From: a virus
Virus record (IMG/VR): IMGVR_UViG_3300005366_000002
Span: 1 to 64,000 of that record
Direction: 5' to 3' (one strand)
Length of the DNA: 64,000 nucleotides
This document shows positions 1-7,579 of this stretch, in pieces (position 1 is the first letter of the stretch; each line of letters opens with the position of its first letter). The notes under the pieces were generated by a model. It saw nothing but the letters and a program-made list of their open reading frames with translations, was not told the DNA's origin and ran no database searches. Both the position numbers and the translations under genes were made by a program.

Positions 1-330
1 CACCACGTGGTGGACGCTGACCGTGTGACGCAGGGGCAGCACCCGCGCGTCATCGACGTCCGTGTCCTCGAGGGCCGTGCGCCAGAACTTGCGGTTGCGC
101 TTGTTCGCGATGCGCAGCACGACCTGGTTCATCTGGAACTCGGTGAGGTAGCAGCGCTCGGGCACGTCGTCCTCGATGAGCTTGTTGGAGTCGTTCAGGT
201 AGTCGATGTAGAGGCGGTCCTTGCCATCGAGGTCCTTGCCGATGGGCCGGAAAGCCCAGACGCCGCCGTTCGTGTCCTTGATGAACACGTGGAAGCGCTG
301 CTTCAGCTTGAGCTTGGGGACGCGGGACAT
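1..330 (-). CDS. Hypothetical phage protein, truncated at window edge (MSRVPKLKLK...)
   Basis: ATG at 330 with AGGAG RBS upstream; frame is open to position 1. Confidence 0.7.
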   Translation of the reverse strand, partial: MSRVPKLKLKQRFHVFIKDTNGGVWAFRPIGKDLDGKDRLYIDYLNDSNKLIEDDVPERCYLTEFQMNQVVLRIANKRNRKFWRTALEDTDVDDARVLPLRHTVSVHHVV

Positions 331-344
331 GATGTTCTCCTGGT

Positions 345-680
345 TCACAGGTCAGCGCGGCTGATCTGTGTGGGGTTCGGGGTGATGGCCCAGATCTGGA
401 CCGAGGACTTGTCGAGCACGTGCAGCTCCCACCAGAGGAGCGGCTGCTCGTCGATGAGCTTCAGCAGCGGCCGCACATGCTCGTCCGGCACCTGCGAGGC
501 CGCGTCACCCACTTCGTGAAACGTCACCCCTCGCTGGTGGCCAGGCAGCGGAGCCTTGCCGTAGGACAAGGCGAACATGCGGCCGTCGTTGCCCTTCGAC
601 GAAGCACGGACCGTGATCAGCCAGTAAGGCTTCATGTAGTCAGTGATCGTCTTCGGTTTTTTCGCGGTCGTCGAGGTCAT
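345..680 (-). CDS. Hypothetical early protein
   Basis: Part of a tightly packed minus-strand run; ATGA overlap with upstream gene. Confidence 0.7.
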   Translation of the reverse strand: MTSTTAKKPKTITDYMKPYWLITVRASSKGNDGRMFALSYGKAPLPGHQRGVTFHEVGDAASQVPDEHVRPLLKLIDEQPLLWWELHVLDKSSVQIWAITPNPTQISRADL

Positions 681-982
681 GCGGCACCTCGCTCGATCTT
701 CATGACATCGTAGGACATGCGGACGACCCGCGCGTCCTTCCAGAAGATCTGCATCTCATTGAGCTGCAGGTGCGACTGGACGTGCAGGCGGATCACCTCC
801 GCCTGGTGCTGGTCGATGATCAGCTGGGCTGCCGACGGATGGAAGTACGGCGTGGCCTTCAGCGGCTCCGTGACCGTGCCCGGCTCATCGTCCGCGTCGT
901 CCGGCTCGGCACGTCGGAAGAACTTGTCGAACACGCCGCTGGCGATCAGATAGCGATCGCCACTCATGATTCTGGTTTCCAT
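677..982 (-). CDS. Hypothetical early protein
   Basis: GGAGG RBS; 4-bp overlap with next gene. Confidence 0.7.
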   Translation of the reverse strand: METRIMSGDRYLIASGVFDKFFRRAEPDDADDEPGTVTEPLKATPYFHPSAAQLIIDQHQAEVIRLHVQSHLQLNEMQIFWKDARVVRMSYDVMKIERGAA

Positions 983-995
983 GATCCCTCCTAGG

Positions 996-1373
996 TCACG
1001 CGATGGTGACAGCCTCGATCTTGTCCGTCAGGGCGGCCTGCGCATCCTTCAGCGCACGCCGGGCGTCTGCGACTTTCGTCGCCAGGTCCTCGATGGGCCT
1101 GATGTCGCGCTCCATGATGAAGCCCCACGGGAACTGCGTGTTCCCCTTCTCGAGGCGCCACACGTCCGTCGTGATGAACGCGTAGCCGCCGGAGCCACCA
1201 GGGCCGTCGTCTTGGGGCGCGCGATCCGCGTACAGGTGCGCCTGGTCCTTGGGCACCATGTGGGCACGGTAGTAGCGGAAGGGCTCCGCGTGCCAGACCT
1301 TGGTGAGGCCAACGCCTTCGCTGTGGGGCGTGATCACGAAGCCGAGGGCTTGTAGTTGTGCGACGGTTGTCAT
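996..1373 (-). CDS. Hypothetical early protein (MTTVAQLQ...)
   Basis: ATG at 1373 overlaps the stop of the upstream gene. Confidence 0.7.
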   Translation of the reverse strand: MTTVAQLQALGFVITPHSEGVGLTKVWHAEPFRYYRAHMVPKDQAHLYADRAPQDDGPGGSGGYAFITTDVWRLEKGNTQFPWGFIMERDIRPIEDLATKVADARRALKDAQAALTDKIEAVTIA

Positions 1374-1930
1374 TCTTGTTCCTTGAGGATTCGCTTGCAC
1401 TTGTCAAACACAGACTCACCACGGCGAGTCCGTACATCAGGGAAAGGGTCCCTGGCCCATTGAAGAAGCGCTTGTCGCTGGACACGGCGCAACAGCGGAT
1501 CGCCGTTGCCTCGCTTCACGACCTGCGCTGAGTGGCGCACGAAAGCACGCCACCGCTTGATCTGTCTGTCGTCGTCAGCGGACCGACGGCCCATGTAGAA
1601 CCGGCAGTACCACTCGAACCAGCCTCGCGGGTCTTGCGGGTTGATCCAGCCCTTGTCCAGCCAGACCGACAGCGGCTGTCTCGACTTGACACCCAGCGCG
1701 TTGATCGCAGGGTCAGGGCCATCGGGAGCCAGCCGCGCGCCCTTAAACCACGAGGCAGGGTACTCGGAGATCGCCGACTGGAGATACCAGCCCTCGAAGA
1801 CACCGAGCTTCAGCATCTCCCTCGGCGAGAGCGCAGGGCTGAACCCGAGGTCAGCGGGCCAGCGTCCCTGCGGAGCACTTAGCTCGTAGGAGCCGCGCTG
1901 CATCTTGTTGGCGACCTTCACGGTAGTCAT
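1370..1930 (-). CDS. Conserved uncharacterised protein (DPRGWFEWYCRFYMGRR family)
   Basis: Motifs FSPALSPREMLKLGVFEG, DPRGWFEWYCRFYMGRRS, RQALLQWA; start placed at ATG 1930 after an AGGAG RBS. Confidence 0.75.
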   Translation of the reverse strand: MTTVKVANKMQRGSYELSAPQGRWPADLGFSPALSPREMLKLGVFEGWYLQSAISEYPASWFKGARLAPDGPDPAINALGVKSRQPLSVWLDKGWINPQDPRGWFEWYCRFYMGRRSADDDRQIKRWRAFVRHSAQVVKRGNGDPLLRRVQRQALLQWARDPFPDVRTRRGESVFDKCKRILKEQE

Positions 1931-2181
1931 ACGACGTTGGACTCCTGTTGGTTCGGCAGGGACGCGTAGTGCGCCTGCCAGCGTTGACAGACCTTGCGGG
2001 TCGAGAGCCACGAGAAGGCTTCGTTCGACCTGAAGGTCGCGTAGTGGACCACATCGGCAGGCTTTGTCGCCGCCCAGCCAGGCACGCCCACCGACGGAGC
2101 GCAGCCGATGAACCAGCCCTTGCGCTCCGGGTCCCACCACCACCAGAAACCGTTGGCGGCAAACGGCGCCTTGGCGGTCAT
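1927..2181 (-). CDS. Hypothetical Trp-rich protein
   Basis: ATGA overlaps on both sides. Confidence 0.6.
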   Translation of the reverse strand: MTAKAPFAANGFWWWWDPERKGWFIGCAPSVGVPGWAATKPADVVHYATFRSNEAFSWLSTRKVCQRWQAHYASLPNQQESNVV

Positions 2182-2651
2182 CCGAGCACCTTGCCGAACT
2201 TGGCAGCCAGGGCACTCACGCCCTTCTCGAGGCGATGGACCTTCTCCTGCTTGGCCAGCTCGCGGATCGCGCGACGGCCACCGCCCGTCGTCACGAACGA
2301 CGAGTACTCGTCGTTGGCATTCACGTGGCCGACGTGCGCCAGGTTGAACTGCTTGAGCCAACACATGACACCGTTGACCGCCGCCGCGAACAGCTTGTTG
2401 AACTCGGTGAGAGCCAGCTTGGTCAGGTCGCGCCCCGTGATCTCGAACCAGCCGCAGCCGATCTCGCAGATATCGACCATCTTCGACAGAGCCAGGCCCG
2501 TCTTCGAGTTGCGGAACTTGTTCAGCAGGGCGCGGCTCGTGTGCAGCTTCAGCACCGTGTGCTGGTTGCCCGACGCCGGCGTCAGCCAGTAGCGATAGGC
2601 ACCCGTGGCGGCGGCGAAGAAGGTCTTGGTGTTCGAGCGGAAAGCGGTCAT
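2178..2651 (-). CDS. Hypothetical protein
   Basis: AGGAG RBS; codon pattern like neighbouring genes. Confidence 0.75.
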   Translation of the reverse strand: MTAFRSNTKTFFAAATGAYRYWLTPASGNQHTVLKLHTSRALLNKFRNSKTGLALSKMVDICEIGCGWFEITGRDLTKLALTEFNKLFAAAVNGVMCWLKQFNLAHVGHVNANDEYSSFVTTGGGRRAIRELAKQEKVHRLEKGVSALAAKFGKVLG

Positions 2652-2704
2652 GAGGTTCTACTCCTGATGTACTTTGGAAAATTTGGGGCGCCGAGCGTTC
2701 TAGC

Positions 2705-3076
2705 TCAGCGGGGAAGGAACGAATCGACGGTGGGCTTGATCTCGTCCGGCAGGTCGACGAACGCGACCTGCGCACCGCGCTGCGGACCTGGGACCGTCAT
2801 GTACGAGCCCTGACAGGCCCAGAGCTTGTCGGCCATCATCCACAGGTACAGCAGGCTCACCTCGCCGCGCAGGTAGCGCTCGCAGAGGTCGCTGCTGACC
2901 GGCACGGCCAGCCAGTACGTGAGCTGCGTGTCGTTCGACTCGTCGGTCACGCACATGATGTAGTCCTGGGTGCCGTCGCGCCAGTGACCGACAAGCTCCA
3001 TCGCGTCGTAGTGGAGAAGCTGCGTCACGCGCTGCAGGTCTTGAGCGTACTCACGCTCGACGATCGTCAAAGTCAT
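2705..3076 (-). CDS. Hypothetical protein
   Basis: AGGAGG RBS. Confidence 0.7.
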   Translation of the reverse strand: MTLTIVEREYAQDLQRVTQLLHYDAMELVGHWRDGTQDYIMCVTDESNDTQLTYWLAVPVSSDLCERYLRGEVSLLYLWMMADKLWACQGSYMTVPGPQRGAQVAFVDLPDEIKPTVDSFLPR

Positions 3077-3114
3077 AGACCCTCCTATGGTCTAGTTGTG
3101 TAGGACCGGTCCGT

Positions 3115-3372
3115 TCAGGACCAGGCCTGGTTAATCATGAGGCGGGCCACGCCCTCAGGGCTGGCACCGAAGATGCGACGGCTCGACGCGCCGGCATCGA
3201 GCACGGCCGCGAACGACTTGTCTGCCGCGAGGTTGCCAGGGCGGGGGCGCACGATGATCGGACGCTTGCCACGGCACTTCACGTGGATCTCTTCGCCGTC
3301 ACGTTGGTACGTGACTTGCAGGACCGCGCCGCTGTCCAGCTTGATCTGGCGCTTGTGAATCGGTTCACGCAT
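3115..3372 (-). CDS. Hypothetical basic protein
   Basis: AGGAG RBS; overlaps upstream gene. Confidence 0.65.
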   Translation of the reverse strand: MREPIHKRQIKLDSGAVLQVTYQRDGEEIHVKCRGKRPIIVRPRPGNLAADKSFAAVLDAGASSRRIFGASPEGVARLMINQAWS

Positions 3373-3712
3373 GATCTGCTCCTTGCTTGCGAGTCATCGA
3401 CTCGATCACCATGTCCAGCGCGACCTGCGCTTCGGACCAGGCACGGTCACGTGCGGCCTGGTATGCCGCGTCCGTCTCGAACTCCTCGATCCAGTCACCC
3501 ACGCAGTTCTCGCCCTCCTCGCCGTTCGGCAGGGCGACCGTCGCGTCGGCCATCGCCGGGTCGCTCTTGACCTCAGCGAACTCGGCGGCCGTCGTCAGGT
3601 AGTAGTAGGCGACGGTCTCGTAGTCGTTGTTCTCACGGGCGATCCCGACCAGGGCGCGACCATCGTCGGCGGTGAACGGGATCGCAATGTTGCGCGGGGG
3701 CATCGTCATCAT
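3365..3712 (-). CDS. Hypothetical acidic protein
   Basis: GAGGAG RBS before ATG 3712. Confidence 0.7.
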   Translation of the reverse strand: MMTMPPRNIAIPFTADDGRALVGIARENNDYETVAYYYLTTAAEFAEVKSDPAMADATVALPNGEEGENCVGDWIEEFETDAAYQAARDRAWSEAQVALDMVIESMTRKQGADHA

Positions 3713-3719
3713 TTGCTCC

Positions 3720-3938
3720 TCAGTGGCTGTTCGGGAGACCGTGTTCACCACGGATCACGTTGTGGAGGGTGTGCCGGCCTTCGCGGACCAGAACGGCTTG
3801 GCGGTGCAGCAGGGGATCGCCATGCACCAGGCCCCAGTGCCAGTGACCGCGGCCACGGACTCGGGTGAAGCTGACGCCCTTCGGCAAGCGGTCCCACGAG
3901 CGAGTGACACCGGCGTCGATGTTGGAGTCTTGAATCAT
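3720..3938 (-). CDS. Hypothetical protein
   Basis: AAGGAG RBS before ATG 3938. Confidence 0.6.
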   Translation of the reverse strand: MIQDSNIDAGVTRSWDRLPKGVSFTRVRGRGHWHWGLVHGDPLLHRQAVLVREGRHTLHNVIRGEHGLPNSH

Positions 3939-3948
3939 GTTGTGCTCC

Positions 3949-4278
3949 TTAGCGTTCGACGGCTTCGAACTGGACTTCGACGTCGCCCAGCACATTGATC
4001 GACGACGCGTTCACGCTAGTGTCGATCTCGTTGGCCACCGAGTAGATGGTGACCGTCGTGCGCTTGCGGCGGCTGTTGTCGATGAACGTGCAGCCCTTCG
4101 GGTTGACCAGCACGTCAGCGCCGACCGGGGCAACCAGGCCTGCCTTCACGTTGGTCGGGAAGGTGACGACGCCGAGCAGCCAGTTGTCCCAATGACCCTT
4201 GTACTGCGGGTACTCAGTGTGGGCCGCGTCGGCGATCTTGATGAGGGCGGCGCGACGTTGTGCGATGGACTTGGACAT
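3949..4278 (-). CDS. Hypothetical protein
   Basis: AAGGAG RBS. Confidence 0.7.
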   Translation of the reverse strand: MSKSIAQRRAALIKIADAAHTEYPQYKGHWDNWLLGVVTFPTNVKAGLVAPVGADVLVNPKGCTFIDNSRRKRTTVTIYSVANEIDTSVNASSINVLGDVEVQFEAVER

Positions 4279-4290
4279 GTTGTGTGCTCC

Positions 4291-4644
4291 TTAGCGCGAG
4301 TAGTTGGACGAAAGGTTGATCGTGATCTTTTCCGATCGCATGCCGGGGTACGACAGCCAGATCATGCGACGCATGCCGTAGCCCTTGAACGAATAGCCCT
4401 CGGCGTACGAGTCGGACGACCAGCGCTTCTGGTGAAAGGACGTCGACTTGATGAGGCCGGCGGCGACCAGCTTGTCGATCAGGGCTCGCGTAGCCTGGTA
4501 GCCCTGCGCAGACCGGACAGAGAACCAACCAGCCCTCGCGCTGCCACGACCATCGAGCTTGAACCCGAGGGCAGCGACGAAGTCGCGAGCCATTTGAAGA
4601 TCAGGCACCGTCTTCACGACCGGCTTCGAAAGTTGCTTGCGCAT
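4291..4644 (-). CDS. Hypothetical protein, first gene of the early operon
   Basis: AGGAG RBS before ATG 4644; lies downstream of a candidate promoter. Confidence 0.7.
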   Translation of the reverse strand: MRKQLSKPVVKTVPDLQMARDFVAALGFKLDGRGSARAGWFSVRSAQGYQATRALIDKLVAAGLIKSTSFHQKRWSSDSYAEGYSFKGYGMRRMIWLSYPGMRSEKITINLSSNYSR

Positions 4645-4709
4645 GGCAATGCTCCTGGCAGTTGTATAGGGGACTGAACGAGCGCGCGTGGGCAGCGCTC
4701 TACGCTTCC

Positions 4710-4718
4710 AGTATAGCA
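4710..4718 (-). promoter_or_regulatory. Candidate host sigma70 extended -10 promoter
   Basis: Minus strand reads TGcTATACT in an AT-richer intergenic region; no good -35 element. Confidence 0.45.
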
Positions 4719-4764
4719 CCGCCGACCAAGAAAAACGGTCCTTCATAGGGAAAAGTGAGCCGTT

Positions 4765-4904
4765 TTGCCTTCTTTTGTGGCAATCAGTGCCTAAAAAGGA
4801 CGCAAAAAAGGCCCGTCAGTGGGGAAACTGACGGGCCTGTGAGATGGCCGCTACCGGACGGCCTGAGGAGGTTCTGGCACGCCGTTTGCCTTCTTAGGTG
4901 GCAA
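4765..4904. promoter_or_regulatory. Two copies of a 19-bp operator-like palindrome, TTGCC-N9-GGCAA
   Basis: TTGCCTTCTTTTGTGGCAA (4765-4783) and TTGCCTTCTTAGGTGGCAA (4886-4904), 17/19 identical. Confidence 0.55.
4804..4839 (-). terminator. Rho-independent terminator
   Basis: 12-bp stem AGGCCCGTCAGT/ACTGACGGGCCT followed by a U-run on the minus strand, downstream of CDS 4924-5586. Confidence 0.8.
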
Positions 4905-4923
4905 ACCGGCGGTGAGCCGAGGC

Positions 4924-5586
4924 TCAGAACTGGCGAAGGAACGCGACGACCTTCTCCTTGTGGCGGAGCTTGTCGAGCATGTACGTGATCTCCGAGCGCT
5001 TCGCCGAGTTGCGCGCGCGAATCTTGTTGAGCGCCTCGGCGTCGGGCATGGTGACCAGGGTCTCGACGAACATGGCGAAGCCGGGCTCGACGGGCGACTC
5101 CTTCTCCTCGCGCACGGAGCGGTCGTTGGACTCGATGGACGCGCCGCCCTTGGCGCGGTCGGCCAGCTCCTGCATCGACACGATCTCGGCGCCGGAGTCC
5201 TGGATGGTGCGGGCCGCCGTGGCTTCTTCGATCTGGCGCTTGCGCTCGTCGAGGCGCTCGGCTTCCTCGTCGGCGCCGTCCTGGCTCAGCAGGAGCTTGG
5301 CGTGCTCCTCGGTGATCAGCTGGAGCACCTTCGAGTTCACGGCGTCGCGGAACTCGGACGAGTCGAGCAGTTGCTTGCGCGGGATCTGGTCGGTCAGGCA
5401 GATCGGCAGCCAGGTCATGGGCAGGAACAGGTCGTCCAGCTTGGTCCCGTTCGTCTTCGGGATGCCGATGTGGACTTCGCCCTGCTGACGCGCCTTGGAG
5501 GCCACGCTGTTGTTGACGGCCCAAATCGGGTCCGTCAGATTGCCCTGCTCGAGCTGGCTGATGGTGACAGTGGTACGGGTGTTCAT
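4924..5586 (-). CDS. Hypothetical protein
   Basis: AGGA RBS; followed by a terminator. Confidence 0.8.
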   Translation of the reverse strand: MNTRTTVTISQLEQGNLTDPIWAVNNSVASKARQQGEVHIGIPKTNGTKLDDLFLPMTWLPICLTDQIPRKQLLDSSEFRDAVNSKVLQLITEEHAKLLLSQDGADEEAERLDERKRQIEEATAARTIQDSGAEIVSMQELADRAKGGASIESNDRSVREEKESPVEPGFAMFVETLVTMPDAEALNKIRARNSAKRSEITYMLDKLRHKEKVVAFLRQF

Positions 5587-5659
5587 CTTCAATTCCTGTT
5601 GGGTTGTTTCAAAGGTCCAAGTTCGTGTGGTGGTCTGTTCTGTATCGACGTGGCGGCTT

Positions 5660-6031
5660 CTAGGGCGCCATCGTACCGTCGACTCCGCGGTCGCGACGTC
5701 CCTGGGAACGCGCGCTCAGCAGGTCGAACGCAGCCTGCATGTGCATCAGAGCTTGCTTGTTCTCGATGCACGGCATCTTCTTGTCGACGGCCGTCAGGCG
5801 GTTCATCGACATGGCAAGGACTCCTTCGAGGGTCCAGCCGTTGCAGACGCCACCGTTGTCACGGGGCGATCCGTTCTGGAAGTTGAACGGCATGTGGGCT
5901 CCGTTCACCGGCTTCTCGGCGAACGTCAGCTCATACCAGTTCTCGGGAGTGCCCCAGTTGGACACGCCCTTGTCGCCCGGCTCGATCTGCCAGACGTGAC
6001 GCCCGTCGGCGTCCTTGTGAATCAGCTTCAT
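5660..6031 (-). CDS. tad1: Tad1-like anti-Thoeris signal-sequestering (sponge) protein
   Basis: 123 aa; FQNG..NG..EGVL..RL..PCIENKQALMHMQAA..AR..R..RGVDGT matches the remembered Tad1 pattern FQxG..RL..RENxxALTHxEEA..R..R..RxVxGT. Confidence 0.7.
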   Translation of the reverse strand: MKLIHKDADGRHVWQIEPGDKGVSNWGTPENWYELTFAEKPVNGAHMPFNFQNGSPRDNGGVCNGWTLEGVLAMSMNRLTAVDKKMPCIENKQALMHMQAAFDLLSARSQGRRDRGVDGTMAP

Positions 6032-6044
6032 CGTGGTCTCCCGG

Positions 6045-6407
6045 TCAGTGGATGGGCGCGCCGTCGTTGGCCGAACTCGGCAGCGGGGTCACCAGGCCGT
6101 TGTCGGCCAGCGCCTTCTGGTAGCCGAGGTTGAAGCCATGCTGGCGCGTCAGCTCACCGATGGCGGCGTGGCAGTGGTTCATGACGGCCGTCAGGTCCTG
6201 GAGCGCGACGACAGGGTTCTGGTACGTCACCGGCGACACCAGCTTGTGCGCGTCGCCACCGCGAACGCAGAAGCCGATGGTGAAGCCCTGCAGGCCGAAC
6301 AGCGACATCAGCTGCTGGTCGGGAGTGCCAGGCGCACGCATGTGCACCGGGCCGGGAGGGGCAGGAGGAACGGGCGCGGGCGGCGCCGGCGGTTTGTTTT
6401 CGTCCAC
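6045..6407 (-). CDS. Hypothetical protein with Pro-rich N-terminus
   Basis: GTG start with AAGGAG RBS. Confidence 0.65.
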   Translation of the reverse strand: MDENKPPAPPAPVPPAPPGPVHMRAPGTPDQQLMSLFGLQGFTIGFCVRGGDAHKLVSPVTYQNPVVALQDLTAVMNHCHAAIGELTRQHGFNLGYQKALADNGLVTPLPSSANDGAPIH

Positions 6408-6455
6408 GAAGAGACTCCTTGTGTATGCCTTGTCTTTACAGTTTTCGGGGAACCG

Positions 6456-6914
6456 CTATTCACCGATTCTCGCGGTCACCTCACCACGGAGAACAGCGCG
6501 ACGCTGCATCAGCAGGATCCCCAGGTGGTTCTCGCCTTTGCCATCGACCGTACCCCAGAAGAGATCGCCATGCCTGTTCCCTTCCTCGAGATGCGCGTCG
6601 CCGGTGGCGATCAGCCAGCGTGCGAGCTCCGACTTGTCGGCGAACTTGTGGTTGAGGATCGCCTTCATGTAGCCGATCTTCCGCGCGTCCCAGTTCGGAC
6701 GAAGGATCACGCGGTTGCCCATGCGCTTCGCGTCGATGGGTTTCGGCGCCTCGAGGCGGATCCGCTCTTGCTCCGGGAACGTTCGGCACTTCATCGCCTG
6801 ATACGCGTGCTCGGCGGACTTCCAGCGACGCTCCGAGTAGATGAGGACGTGCCCGGTCCAGAAGTTGGAGAGCCACTCGTGCTCGCGGGTGAAGGAGGTG
6901 ATGGCGTCAGTCAT
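6456..6914 (-). CDS. NADAR (YbiA-like) family protein
   Basis: WLSNF, SAEHAYQAMK, KF, LIATGDAHLEEGN..DLFWG, GENHLGILLM. Confidence 0.92.
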   Translation of the reverse strand: MTDAITSFTREHEWLSNFWTGHVLIYSERRWKSAEHAYQAMKCRTFPEQERIRLEAPKPIDAKRMGNRVILRPNWDARKIGYMKAILNHKFADKSELARWLIATGDAHLEEGNRHGDLFWGTVDGKGENHLGILLMQRRAVLRGEVTARIGE

Positions 6915-7161
6915 GGTCGTAAGGCCTCAAGTGGTAGATGCCGGCGGACGTCAGGTCCATTGTGACCATCTGCCCCTTCTTGATGTCCTCGAGGGCGACA
7001 CCAACACGAGGTGCGGGAGGCCTTGCGTTGAGTGCGCGTGTCTGTGACTCGGTGAGGCCTGTCTCCTTGTTGATCAGCTCCGGGAGACGACCGCTAGGGC
7101 CGCGCTTGCGCTCGATGTCTGCGAGGTAGCGATCGACGATGTCGTGGATGAACTTCCGCAT
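6907..7161 (-). CDS. Hypothetical protein
   Basis: Packed in operon. Confidence 0.6.
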   Translation of the reverse strand: MRKFIHDIVDRYLADIERKRGPSGRLPELINKETGLTESQTRALNARPPAPRVGVALEDIKKGQMVTMDLTSAGIYHLRPYDHD

Positions 7162-7162
7162 G

Positions 7163-7570
7163 TCAGATCTCCGTCTGTGATTTCCACGAGGAGACCGCGG
7201 TGATCAGGCAGGTGTTGGTCTCGTTGGGGAAGTGGGTGTAACGCATGAACGGACGACCCTGTGTGTCCTTGTCCAGCGTTCGGATCAGGTGTCGTAGGTT
7301 GTGCGTCCGCATCAGGCCGCAGTAGGTCTCTGGCGTCACCACGTCGAGCACGGTTGTCGCGTCCTCGTCGAAGACCTCGAAGACCTTGGTTGCGATCATG
7401 AGGTCCGTGTAATAGGACGTCAGCTTGAGGTAGTGCTTGACCGGGATGCCGTCCCTGGTCCAAGTGCCGACCTGGCGGTCCGTCACGCCGCAGACGATGG
7501 CGACGTTGTGGACGTGGAGACCGAGGGCCAGCATCAGCTTCGGGAGGACGAAGCGTTGAAGGCAGATCAT
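7163..7570 (-). CDS. Hypothetical protein, possible N-terminal HTH
   Basis: VAIVCGVTDRQVGTW resembles an HTH; AGGAG RBS. Confidence 0.6.
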   Translation of the reverse strand: MICLQRFVLPKLMLALGLHVHNVAIVCGVTDRQVGTWTRDGIPVKHYLKLTSYYTDLMIATKVFEVFDEDATTVLDVVTPETYCGLMRTHNLRHLIRTLDKDTQGRPFMRYTHFPNETNTCLITAVSSWKSQTEI

Positions 7571-7579
7571 GAGCTGCTC

